From assembly GCA_964016885.1 (NCBI GenBank), contig OZ024741.1:144398001-144462000 (forward strand): 64,000 nucleotides of DNA, given 5' to 3'. Positions within the stretch are counted from its first letter, which is position 1. Each line of letters begins with the position of its first letter. Source of the stretch: Eledone cirrhosa. Taxonomy: Eukaryota. The position numbers were made by a program, and so were the translations under genes. The notes under the pieces are model-generated. The model saw nothing but the letters and a program-made list of their open reading frames with translations, ran no database searches and was not told the origin of the DNA. This document shows positions 13,733 to 25,306 of this stretch, one piece after another.

Positions 13733-15097
13733 TATTTTGATTATGAGAATATTTTTCATTTATTAATATTTTGAATAATATATATAACTGTTAGATACGC
13801 ATGCAGTGACTAAAAACAGAATGTTTTAAGTCTGCATGTCTAACAATATATGCGTAGCTTGTGAATAAAAAATTCAAGGGGTATCGCTGGTCGTGGCGAT
13901 TCCTTCCAAACATGTTTTGTAATATATCGTCTTATTGGCTAATTTCATCGTCTTATTGGCTAATCAACCAACGATAGTAATTGTTGCTCAAAAGCGTTTT
14001 GTTTGCACGTTTATTTATCGTTTCGCTTTCGAATCTCTCTCCTGTATTTTGTCGTTTTATCATCAAAATATTTTTCTCGTTTTGCTAAGTTATATCGTTA
14101 ATTTATATATGATTTAAAAAAATTAATATTAACTATTTTTTTTCAGTTCGTTATAACATGCTTAGAATATTGGTTGTACCATATTTACATATATATATTT
14201 CCATATTATTGTTCGTTTTATGTTAGATTATTTTATTATTATTATGTTAGATTATTTTTTTATTATTATGTTAGACTATTTGTATGTAATATTTAATTTT
14301 TATTAATTCAACTATAACAATTATTATGTAAAATATATTTATTTAATATCTTTGTATCTTGTTCCTCTTTATATAGTGTAATGGAATATAGGCAGGGTTC
14401 GGATTGTAATACAAACTGCACTTTCTTTGTAACAATTTGTAAGAATAATTTGTCTAAAAACTTTGTTTGTAAAAATTTGTAAAAATAATTTTTTAAAAAT
14501 TTTGTTTGTAAAAGATTGTACAAATATTTTTAAAACTATCGTTTTTACAAAAGTTTGTAAATTTTTGTTTGTAAAAATTTTTAAAACATTCCAAGCTAGC
14601 GTATATTCAATAATAAATTAATAATTTATAGTGATCTGGCAGTCATATTATGATTGTAAACTTTGTAATTTTGATTCAAAAAGAACTTTGTAATTGTAAA
14701 ATTTTGTAATTTTGATCTAAAATAACTTTGTAATTGTAAAATTGTGTTCTAAAATAACCTTGTAATTGTAAAATTTCATATTTTTGAAATTTCAATTTTT
14801 AATTTAATGTACTTAGTTTACTATGATACTCAACTACAGGTGTCACGTGCGTTTAAAAATGTTTGATATTATTAATATATTCGATCGCAAATTGGCGTGT
14901 TTATATCTGAACATAAGTATGACAAATGTTATTTCCTCTTATTTTGTATTTATTTAAGCTACTAATAAGTATTTATTTGCTGGTTCGTGATGTATCCCGC
15001 AAGTGAATCGGGACCCGTCACCGATTTTGGTGTCCCCACTGCCGATGTGAATGAGCAGTGCCGGACTTGTGAATTGGGTTTTGATGTTGCGGGCAGT

Positions 15098-15575
15098 TCA
15101 TCTTCTTACAATCATGCGGTCCCACAAGCTTGTTCGCATTGCTGCGCCAATAATCTGCCAGACAGGCGTATTAAATTGAAGAACATTTTTGTTTTTATAG
15201 TAAGCTTTCTGATAAGACTGTATATTATCTTTATTGACAATTCTATACACAGCCTTTCTTTGCAATACTTTATCTCGCTTCGCAGATCTGTACTCGGCCT
15301 GCTTTTTAGACAACTCGGTACGTTTCCTAGCCGGTACGCTCGGCTTGTATTTTTTTAGATATAACGACTGAATTTGCAGATCTGTACTCGGCCTGCTTGT
15401 TTGCCAACTCGTGCCGTTTTGAAGATCTATGCTTGGCCTGTTTTTGCTTTATTTTAGCCGAATTCGCAGCTCTATAATCGGCCTGTTTTTGTCTCAACTT
15501 CTCCCGATTCCGCATCCGGTAAGCTGCTTTCGCGTCTTCGTAAACGGTCTTTGCATCGAATAAGGAAACTAGAAA
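15098..15575 (-). pseudogene. Decayed ORF of basic 15-residue repeats (KQAEYRSAN-like), function unknown
   Basis: ORFs 15327-15515 and 15098-15313 carry recurring KQA(D/E)YR units. Confidence 0.45.
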
Positions 15576-16032
15576 AAAATGCTTGACTTCCGGATGCAGA
15601 TCAGATCTTGGTGCACAGATTTGTTAAGTCGTATAAAAAGACGATAATCGACACCAATCTTCACAACGAGGCACATATTCACGTGCAGAGTGTGTTCTCC
15701 AGATCCGTTGGTATGCGCAATTTTCTGTGTGCTCTTACAACAATAATTTATTATTAATATATATCATGTTTAACTAGAGTTATTACAAGCGTTGCCTTAA
15801 AAAATATTAAAACTAGACCTGAAAAATGCGCAAGCTCAAAAGAGCCACAGAATGTTATAATAAACCTTCAAAAGTGTGGGACTAGAGTTGTTGCTAAAAA
15901 ATATTGTAATCATTATCTATCGTACATTCTGTGGCATCCTTTATAAAAATATCACAATAAATACATCTATGTTTAATGTAATAACAGCTATAAATAATTA
16001 CGTAATATTATTATCATATACTCATTATTATC

Positions 16033-16225
16033 AGGGCGGTGGATTGGCAGTATCGGTAGAGGGTCGGACGTCATGCTTTGCAGCATAGAGTTACGGCCCT
16101 TTATGGTCTGAGTTCAAATCCCGCCGAGGTTAACTTTTCCTTTCATCCTTACGGGGTCGATAAAATAAAGTACCAGTAATACACTGGGATAATTGCTGGC
16201 CTTGTGCCAAAAGTAGAAACAATTA
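16033..16225 (+). mobile_element. tRNA-derived SINE (Meta-domain-like)
   Basis: B box GTTCAAATCC and CCTTTCATCCTTACGGGGTCGATAAAATAAAGTACCAG; flanking duplication ATTATCATATACTCAT. Confidence 0.85.
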
Positions 16226-16576
16226 TTATCATATACTCATAGTAACAAAATAATTGTGTTGAAAATTAATATGATGCTTATATGAACGATCAAATCTATA
16301 ATGATAATTTTATAAATATACTAATATTAAAATAATTTAGTTATATATTATTACATTTTCATCGAACTATAACATTAACAATCGTATTATGTCATCACAT
16401 TTTTATCACTGCAAACTTTCATATTGGAATTACCTTAAGCCACTTATTACTTCGCTTTCGTGCTTTTACAGATGTAGATATTCGGCTGTATTTTATATCT
16501 AATATCATGATCTCATGGTAATTTGCATGCAGTGTAAAATAGGTTTATTAATAACTTTAATATGAAATGTATTATA

Positions 16577-16664
16577 CAGGGCTGCGGAGTCGGCCAAAAA
16601 TTGACTGGTTCCAACTCCGGATCCGATACTCCATTATTTTCTAAATTTCGGCTCCGCAGCCCTG
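16577..16664. mobile_element. hAT-type MITE, 88 bp
   Basis: 13-bp TIR CAGGGCTGCGGAG; 8-bp flanks GTATTATA/TTATTATA. Confidence 0.75.
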
Positions 16665-17079
16665 TTATTATAATAATTTATTTATTTTATAGTTGTAAAT
16701 CATATTTTTATATGTTACACTCTAAGAATTAACTAAGTGAAATAGTGTAAAAAGAAAGGCATAGTTGGTTTAAGCTAATGTTCAATATCTCATTAGATGT
16801 TTAGTAATAATTAATACGAAATACAATTAAACCGAATTCTATATTATAAATTCATTTAAATAATTATCGTGTCGTCTTGAGTTCGTTATGAGTCTCTTTT
16901 TTATAAAAGGATGCCACAGAATGTACGATAGATAATGATTACAATATTTTTGAGCAACAACTCTAGTCCCACACTTTTGAAGGTTTATTATAACATTTTG
17001 TGGCTCTTTTGAGCTTGCGCATTTTTCAGGTCTAGTATATATATGTGTGTGTGTTTGTGTGTATGTGTGGTGTGAATGT

Positions 17080-17152
<73 letters not shown>

Positions 17153-17264
17153 GTGAGAGAGTGAGAGAGAGAGAGGGAGATTAACATATAGACTTGTTGG
17201 TGTGGATTGCAAATAATGTATTTTTCTAAATTACATTTTCAACATAAGCATTAGTATCTCCAAG

Positions 17265-17323
<59 letters not shown>

Positions 17324-17696
17324 AAATTTAAGCAATGACTTGCATTAGGATATTCATTTTAATAGTATATATATTTAGACACAGAAAGTTCTAGCAACAA
17401 TAGAATTGGCTATTTTTTTCTTCTTAGCAAACTGACAATCGATTATGGCTCAAATGATAAAATTAGATCATTCTATCACAGTAGCTTAGAAGACAGGCAT
17501 ACAAAACTGTCTGCTTTGGTTGCAAATCCTTACACTTTTCCCATCCAAGTTGGACTATTAATATTATTGGCAGAATCGTTACAGTCAATTTTGTTTTCCT
17601 CCTTGTTTCTATAAAATATAGTACCAATCGATTTAATCGATTCTCCCCTCCCCATAAAATTGCTGGCCTTTTGCCAAAATTATAATCCACTATTTA

Positions 17697-17880
17697 GGGC
17701 TGTAGATTGAGAGAATCGTCAGAGCTCCGGGAAAATGCAGTGCATTATTTTTTCTGGCTCTTTAGGCTCTGAGTTGAAATCCTGTCGAGGCCAACTTTGC
17801 TTTTCCTATTTCCAGTGTCTATAAATTTTAGTACCAGCTCCACAAATTGCTGGCCTTGAGCCTAAATTAGAAATCATTAT
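17697..17880 (+). mobile_element. Degenerate SINE of the same family
   Basis: GAGTTGAAATCC..AACTTTGC and the 3' end TTGCTGGCCTTG..AGAAA. Confidence 0.65.
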
Positions 17881-18778
17881 TATATATAGTTCCTCTGTAA
17901 GTCCATATATTTTTTTATTTTTGTTTAATTTCTCCAAGAAATTTTGATTTTATAATTTGTATTAAGTTTATTTGCAACATACTTAGGAAAGAAAAGGGTT
18001 TGAAAACTCTTAGTTATCCCGTCTCCAATATTGTCTTTGGATAGTAAACATGTAAAGGTGGGAATAATTTTCACAGATATTTTAAAGTAGCACCATTTTA
18101 CATGCAGGCACATGGCTTCGTGGTTATGGTATTTGGGCCACAATTATAAAGTCGTTACTTCAATTACTGACAGAGCATTGCGTCCTTGAGAAAGACACTT
18201 TATTTCACGCTTCTCCAGTTCACTCAGCTGGTAAAAAGTTCTGATGAAAACAGTTTCTTCTTTGCAATGCGAGCATGTCGAAAATAAATGGTTTAATGTG
18301 TGTTGTGTGTGTGTACGTTGGACTTTCGCCATTTTCGATATCCAGCTTTCGTGTTATATGATCAATGAAACAGCCTGCTTGTGAAATTAAGCTGCAAATG
18401 GCTGAACACTCCAAAGACACGTGTACCGTTAATGTAGTTCTCAAGTAGATTCAGCGTGACCTCATTTTTTCCAGCTGAGTGGATTGAAGAAGAGGAGCCA
18501 ATGGCGGGAGATACAAATATAGAAAAACAAAACAAGGGGATCTATCTCTCCATCGTTCTAGTCCACATCTTTCTCCTCTCCCCCTCTTCCCCTCTATCTC
18601 TATAACTCCTTCATTTCTCATCTCCCTTTCTCCCTCTCTCACGCTCTCCGTTTGATTTGTGGTTACATCTTAACCACTCGCCCCCCCCCCCCCCCCCCAA
18701 AAAAAAAGAACTTACTATACAAATAGTATCCAGCTGGAAACGGCTACCTTTCGCGCTGAGAATACGCACATTTTACGA

Positions 18779-19433
<655 letters not shown>

Positions 19434-19796
19434 ATATATATATATATATGCATATATATATATATATAGTAATATTCTGTTATCATGCCAGTTGGTTTTC
19501 TTTAATTATTATTTTGGTTTCTGAGTTTTCAGAATATAATTATCGTTTAAATTGAATTAGTCATGAACTAATTTCTCTCGTGAAAACGTGGATTTTTCAC
19601 GATCGATACTTTGGGGAAATATGGCTGCCAAATACTGAAAATATAGTATTGCATTGAATTCTAACTTTCAGTAAACATGTTTCTAGCATTTTCACTACCT
19701 GACTCTATCTTTCTTTCTGACGACGTATAGACACATATACTTCTTCAGTATACAAATACATACATACATACATACATACATACATACATACATACA

Positions 19797-20065
19797 TGAT
19801 GGCTGCCCCCTCGTTATCGAGTATGGCCATTGCACGATATACTATTATTATTATTAATAATTATTAATTAATTCTATCGTGCAATGCCTGTGCGTGAAGA
19901 TATTTTTTAAAGTGAGGAAAGACTGTGCACTGAGCCAATCCTACTCTCTATATAATCCGAAAAGAAGTAAAGATCAATATCATCGGTAACTACTGAGCCG
20001 GAGGTTTTATATCGGAATTATCCCAGTTTCCTGAGTTGCGTTCTCCTAGAAGAATGCCCTGACAA
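19797..20065 (-). mobile_element. Short RTE-like non-autonomous element, diverged
   Basis: 3' end GGCAGCCATCAT followed by (TATG)n; shares ATGCCTGTGC.TGAAG..AAGTGAG.AAAG with 9134-9746. Confidence 0.6.
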
Positions 20066-20156
20066 ACAAACATGCATACATACATACATACATACATACA
20101 TACATACATACATACATACATACATACATACATACATACATACATACATACATACA

Positions 20157-20403
20157 TGATGGCTGCAACTCGATTTCAAGTAATGCGATCACTTGAAACT
20201 TAAGCATGTACATCACGGACGTGGCTTTTTAGTCCTGCTCGGGACTTGCCTATGGTCAGCAATGCCATGCATCGCAAAAAAATGTTATATTAAGTGATGC
20301 CTGTGCTTGAAGCTTTTTTAAGTGAGGAAAGGCTTTGCACAAGGCCAATTCCACTCTCTGAACATCGAATGCATTTACCCAAAAAGTAAAACTGGTCTAC
20401 ATC
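20157..20403 (-). mobile_element. Short RTE-like non-autonomous element, diverged
   Basis: 3' end GAGTTGCAGCCATCAT followed by (TATG)n; same internal motif. Confidence 0.6.
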
Positions 20404-20424
20404 ATACATATGTATGTATGTATG

Positions 20425-23400
20425 TTTTCTCTTTCTCTTAATTTCGAGTATATTTTTTTGACCGGCCACCTTCCTGGTGGCAAGGTTGTAAAAGAAAAGA
20501 AATTGTCATCCCTTGAATCGCAAGAATGTTTTGCAAATTTTGAAGGTGCCAGCTATCGCAGCCATTTGTAGACTATGAATTAGGGAGCTGCGCTTTTTGT
20601 CCGCAAATCCAAGTTCAGTCATACTTTGGTCCAAGCGGGTTGGTATATAATCCGTAGCACCAATAATGATGGGTATGAAGCTAAAGGTGTATCTTGGATA
20701 CTGGATTTGTAAACTCCTCATCAATGGTCCGTAGATGTCCTCCTTCTCCTGTATTTTTCTGACAACGTTTACATCAAGTGGGCAGCTGATCTCCACAACA
20801 GAACACGTTTTCAATGTGTGGTCCCAAACTACAATATCAGGCCGGTTGTGCTTTAATTTGGTGGCAGTTTTTATTTTTAGGTTCCACCAGTATTCCTTAG
20901 TGCCATCTGTCTCAATATATTCTTCCTCGTTTGTTGTTAATTTTGTTTTCCGAAGTGCGTTCCAGATGGTTCTAGCTATCCCATCGTGTCTCATGGGGAG
21001 GTAGTAGCGAGATGACATTCTTTCGCAGCTGGCAACAATGTGGCTTACATCCTCGATCTTTGTTTTACATAGCCTACATTTATTGTCAGCTGCTGGCCCT
21101 CCTCTTTTGTGCAGCAGATATTTGGTAGGGAGTTCTTGTTCCTGTATTGCATAGAGATATCCCTCAAGGTGTGATGTCATAAACTTGTCGGAACTCCATG
21201 CCAGGCTTTTTGAGTGGTTTATCCCCTCTATGGTCTGTGTTTTACGCCTCAAGTATCCATGCACAACTTTTTCTGTAAATTGGTCAATTTTTTTATCTTG
21301 TTTGAACATTGAATAGGATCTTCCGATTTCTCTGGGTGAGAGATTTATATCAGGCTTTATTCCATATCTCTCCTCCAGATCAGTCGCTATTCTAATGATA
21401 TTTCTTTTTTCATGGTCATAAACCTGGGCAAGATGGTTGCCAACCTTTTTCCTCTGTTGAAGGTGTTGCTTCAGTGTCACTATCCGGGTCTCATATGTTG
21501 TTAATATTGATTTTAGACCCCGGCCACCTTCCTTGCGTGAGAAGTATAGCCTATCCACATCACCATTGATGTTAAAGTTGCCAGTACACTGAGAAGTTTT
21601 CGAGTTCTAACATCCATCTCACTTAGTTCTTGCAATGACCAGTTCAGTAGGCCAAATGTTGGCGTTAGAATTGGCACAGCATAAGTATTGTGGGCAATGT
21701 ATTTGTTGTATGCTGACAGTTCTGATAACCATATTTTCTTTACTCTTCTGAGGTATTCAGTTCTGGTTCTCTCCTTATTTATGGGTCCATCATATCTGAT
21801 ATTCTCATCCTGTCCAAGATATCTGTAGTTGTCACCTGACTGCAGAGGTTGTATTATCAGGCCGTTCATCTCTAGATTTCTAGAGGAGGGCACAGCTCTT
21901 CCACGTTTTACTGCCAAATATGCACACTTGGACTCACCAAATTTAATTTTGATGTCGGTTGAAAATTATGTAATGAGGTCCAATTATTTCTTGATGTCAT
22001 TGATATTTGGCCCATACAACTTCAGGTCATCAACAAAGAAAAGATGGGAGATACTTCTGGTCCCACTTCTTTGTCCACCTTGTTTCCTGAGTAGGTAAGA
22101 TAGTGGATTCAGTGAGAGAACGAAGAGTAGCACTGACAAGCTATCACCCTGAAAGATGCCTTTCTGGTAATGTATCTTATCAGTCTTAACCTGCTCCTTC
22201 TCACCTCTAAGGATCAAACTGGTGTACTAGTTCTTGGTCAGGCGTTCAACAGCAGCTACCAAATGGTTGTGGGACTTTAGCTAACTGTAAAGCCTTAATA
22301 ATCCACCCATGAAGTACACTATCAAATGCTTTTTGATAGTCCAACCACACGACAGTCATGTTTCTGCGATTCTTTGTTGTTTTTTCCTGAATCATTTTGT
22401 TAGTTAGTAGGTGATCTATGCAACCCCACACCTCCCTCTTTCCACCAGCTTGCTCAGGTGTTATGATGTTGTTGGTAGCACAGTGATCCTGTAAGAACAG
22501 GTTAAGGCACCCAGTATATAATTTATACATGATGTTTTGGCAGGCAATTGGGCGGTAATTTTTAGCAAGGGTGGTTTGGCTATTTTGGGGAATGAGGAGA
22601 GTAGAGGCAGTTGATAACCATCTGGGCAGTTCTTGTGTGCCCTTAATGGTTTCTGTAAACAGCCGTATGAGATCTTGCCGATAGAAAGTGAAATTCTTCA
22701 ACCAGTATCCTGTAATGAGGTCTGGGCCTGGCGATTTCCTATTCGACATTTTCTGTAGAGCTGTTTCCAGTATTGACCCATCTACGTCATATTGTTTTGT
22801 CTGGACATGTTGGCAGTAGTCCTGTTCCAGTTCTTTTAGCCAATTAGCTTGTGTGTTGAATCCGTCATCCGTTTCCCATACAGATCTCCAGTAGCTCTCA
22901 ACCTGTTCTTTTGAAGGGGTGTCATTTACAGAGATTGAGCTTTTGCCACCGAAGCTGCGATAAACTGATTTAGGATCTCTGGCAAACAATCTATTTAGCA
23001 CTTGTCGTTTATGTGCTGTTGACTTATATTTTAGTCTTTCTGTTGTAGCTGTGAGTTGTTGTTTCAACTGGTGTAATTTGGAGTTCAAAGTTTTAAATTT
23101 TGTATCTCCAAATCGTCTCTCTAACTTTTTCTTTAGGTCTTCCTGGTGTCGTATGAAGTTGCTCTCTATGTTGCATTTCATAACGACTGCGATGTGTGAG
23201 ATACTTCGTCTCAGGGACAAAATTTTGGTTTTTAAATTTCGCATCCACGCTGGTTCAGGCTTTCTGTTTGTATCTTGATTGCGTGGTTTTAGATGTGTGT
23301 TATATGATAGCAATGTGACAGCTGAAACATATAACAAAACATTAAGCGTTTCAAATGTCGTTTCTACACCTTTAGATCGTATAGCCTTCAGATAATTGCC

Positions 23401-24620
23401 AGCTATTTCGTTCACCGCTTCCAATTCCAATTTAGTGGGTTCTTTACTGACTCTAGTGTTGTATGGTCTGTCACTCACATTAAGGCTGTGTATCTCTTGA
23501 AACATATCGTTCCATATCACTTGTAGGGAGCCCACAAGTTTTTGGTGCTCTGTTTGTTCAGTAGAGTCATGAATTTCAGCCTCATTGTTGATGTGGTGAC
23601 AATTACTACTAGAGTCAGCTGACCTTTCTCGCTGTTCTTCAGTGGAAGTGGGATGGATTTCAGCAAAATTGTTGGTGAGCTGTTCACTGTTAGATTTAGC
23701 TGGCCATTCTCTTTGTCTTTCAGTGGAGGTGGGGTGGTTGTCTACAAGGGCTGTATTTGTAGTATCACTCAATTCCGTTAGATGTATCAATTTACATCTA
23801 ATGATACGTTTTGCCTGTTCATTTAAATGCTTTGGAGAAAAGTCTAATTCTGGGTGTTTGGAGTTCCATAAAGTTTTTAGCCTTTGCATAAAACCGAACT
23901 TTTGGGGTTCAGATTGTTTGTATGCTTCATATAATACTTTGTTAAGCTCGTAGCTCCACTGTGTACAACGGTTGTAATTGCGATTTGGTCGAAGGAGACT
24001 TGTACTTTTTGCCATGATGAGTTCGTCTATTCACTAATATTTCGTATTTATTTTTCAAAATAGTCGATGATCTTCTTTAAAAGTTACGACAAAGTTCTGT
24101 TAGAATCAAATTTAAAGTTATTCACAGCTTGGGTAATATTTCTTTTCAGTTAGTTTTTAATTCTACAACTGTGTTTTAAATGTTGCTCTTGAATCGTTTG
24201 AATCGAGAACAAAAAGAACCGTTACTTAGTATATTCCTTTATGAATGTAATATAATATAACAACGCTGTATTTATATGTTAAAGTTTATGTATCATTCAT
24301 ATAAATAGGTGTTCTACAGCCTATTCACAACATAGTCACAGTTCAAACACTTATATTTTTGTTTCTGAATCGAAAACGTTACTTGTATATTTCTTTATAA
24401 ATGTAATATAACAACGTTGCATTTATATGTTAAAGTGTGTGTATCGTTCATATAAATAGGTGTTTTACAACACACTTACAACACACTTACATGAATTATT
24501 GTATGTAATCTTACCGCGTAATGTAGCTCAACTTTTTCCAATATATGGTATGTTGCCTTCATGTAAGCCGTAATTACACACGTCCGATTATCGGACACTG
24601 ACCACAACGGTCGCCATTTT
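20425..24620 (-). mobile_element. Near-full-length R4/Dong non-LTR retrotransposon (family A)
   Basis: A single frameshifted ORF (24015-20506) with RT and restriction-like endonuclease; (TACA)n at both ends. Confidence 0.92.
20506..24015 (-). pseudogene. R4/Dong polyprotein (RT, CCHC finger, PD-(D/E)xK endonuclease), frameshifted
   Basis: SPGPD, NYRPI, DYQKAFDS, GIFQGDSLS, FFVDD, YRYLG, CRLC..HIVASC, RHD, RPD..VVEISCP. Confidence 0.9.
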
Positions 24621-24865
24621 ATGTATGTATGTATGTATGTATGTATGTATGTATGTATGTATGTATGTATGTATGTATGTATGTATGTATGTATGTATGT
24701 ATGTATGCATGTATGTATGTATATATGTATATATATATGTATATGTATGTATATGTATATGTATGTATATGTATATATATATATATATGTATATATATAT
24801 GTATATGTATGTATATGTATATGTATGTATATATGTGTGGATATATATATGTATATATATATCTT

Positions 24866-25280
24866 CCGGGAGAGATGACCCCTTAGCCTTTGTCAAGGCA
24901 GAATTCTAGGAGAAGGAAAACTCTGATATAACACCTGCAACCCTGATGGTATCCAATGATGTTGACTTGTTCTTCTTTTTGGTAAATATCATCTTGGTTA
25001 AGAGAGTGGGACTGGCTTTCTGCAGTGCCTTTGCTCACTATAAAAGCTTCACGGCACAGGCATTGCTTTATATCTGGAGATGTCTCTGCACTTGTCATCA
25101 CATGGTACCATGTGCCCAGCACTATGTGTCAGTAATTGTCACAAGTGTAGTGTTTGTACCAGAGTTTTCAAGTCGCTGGCTGGACTAAAAAGTCACACTC
25201 GTTCAGCGCATCAGTAGGGGTTCTCCTACATGGATACAAAGTAGTGGCCGTACTCGAAAACGAGTTGGCAGCCACCACCA
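24866..25280 (+). mobile_element. Short RTE-like non-autonomous element, 5'-truncated
   Basis: Near-identical to 9333-9746; microsatellite on both sides. Confidence 0.7.
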
Positions 25281-25306
25281 TGTATGTATGTATGTATGTA
25301 TGTATG

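Larger units (their letters stand above)
15812..17036. mobile_element. Foldback-type non-autonomous element with ~138 bp TIRs
   Basis: 15812-15949 is the near-perfect reverse complement of 16897-17036; termini ACTAG...CTAGT. Confidence 0.8.

Noticed and set aside
14420-14790. Short recurring repeats as a possible CRISPR-like array
   Set aside because: Irregular, degenerate AT-rich units without constant repeats, unique spacers or cas genes; eukaryotic context.
16033-16130. tRNA-like A/B boxes in several places
   Set aside because: They are SINE heads with shared bodies and TSDs; no complete cloverleaf.
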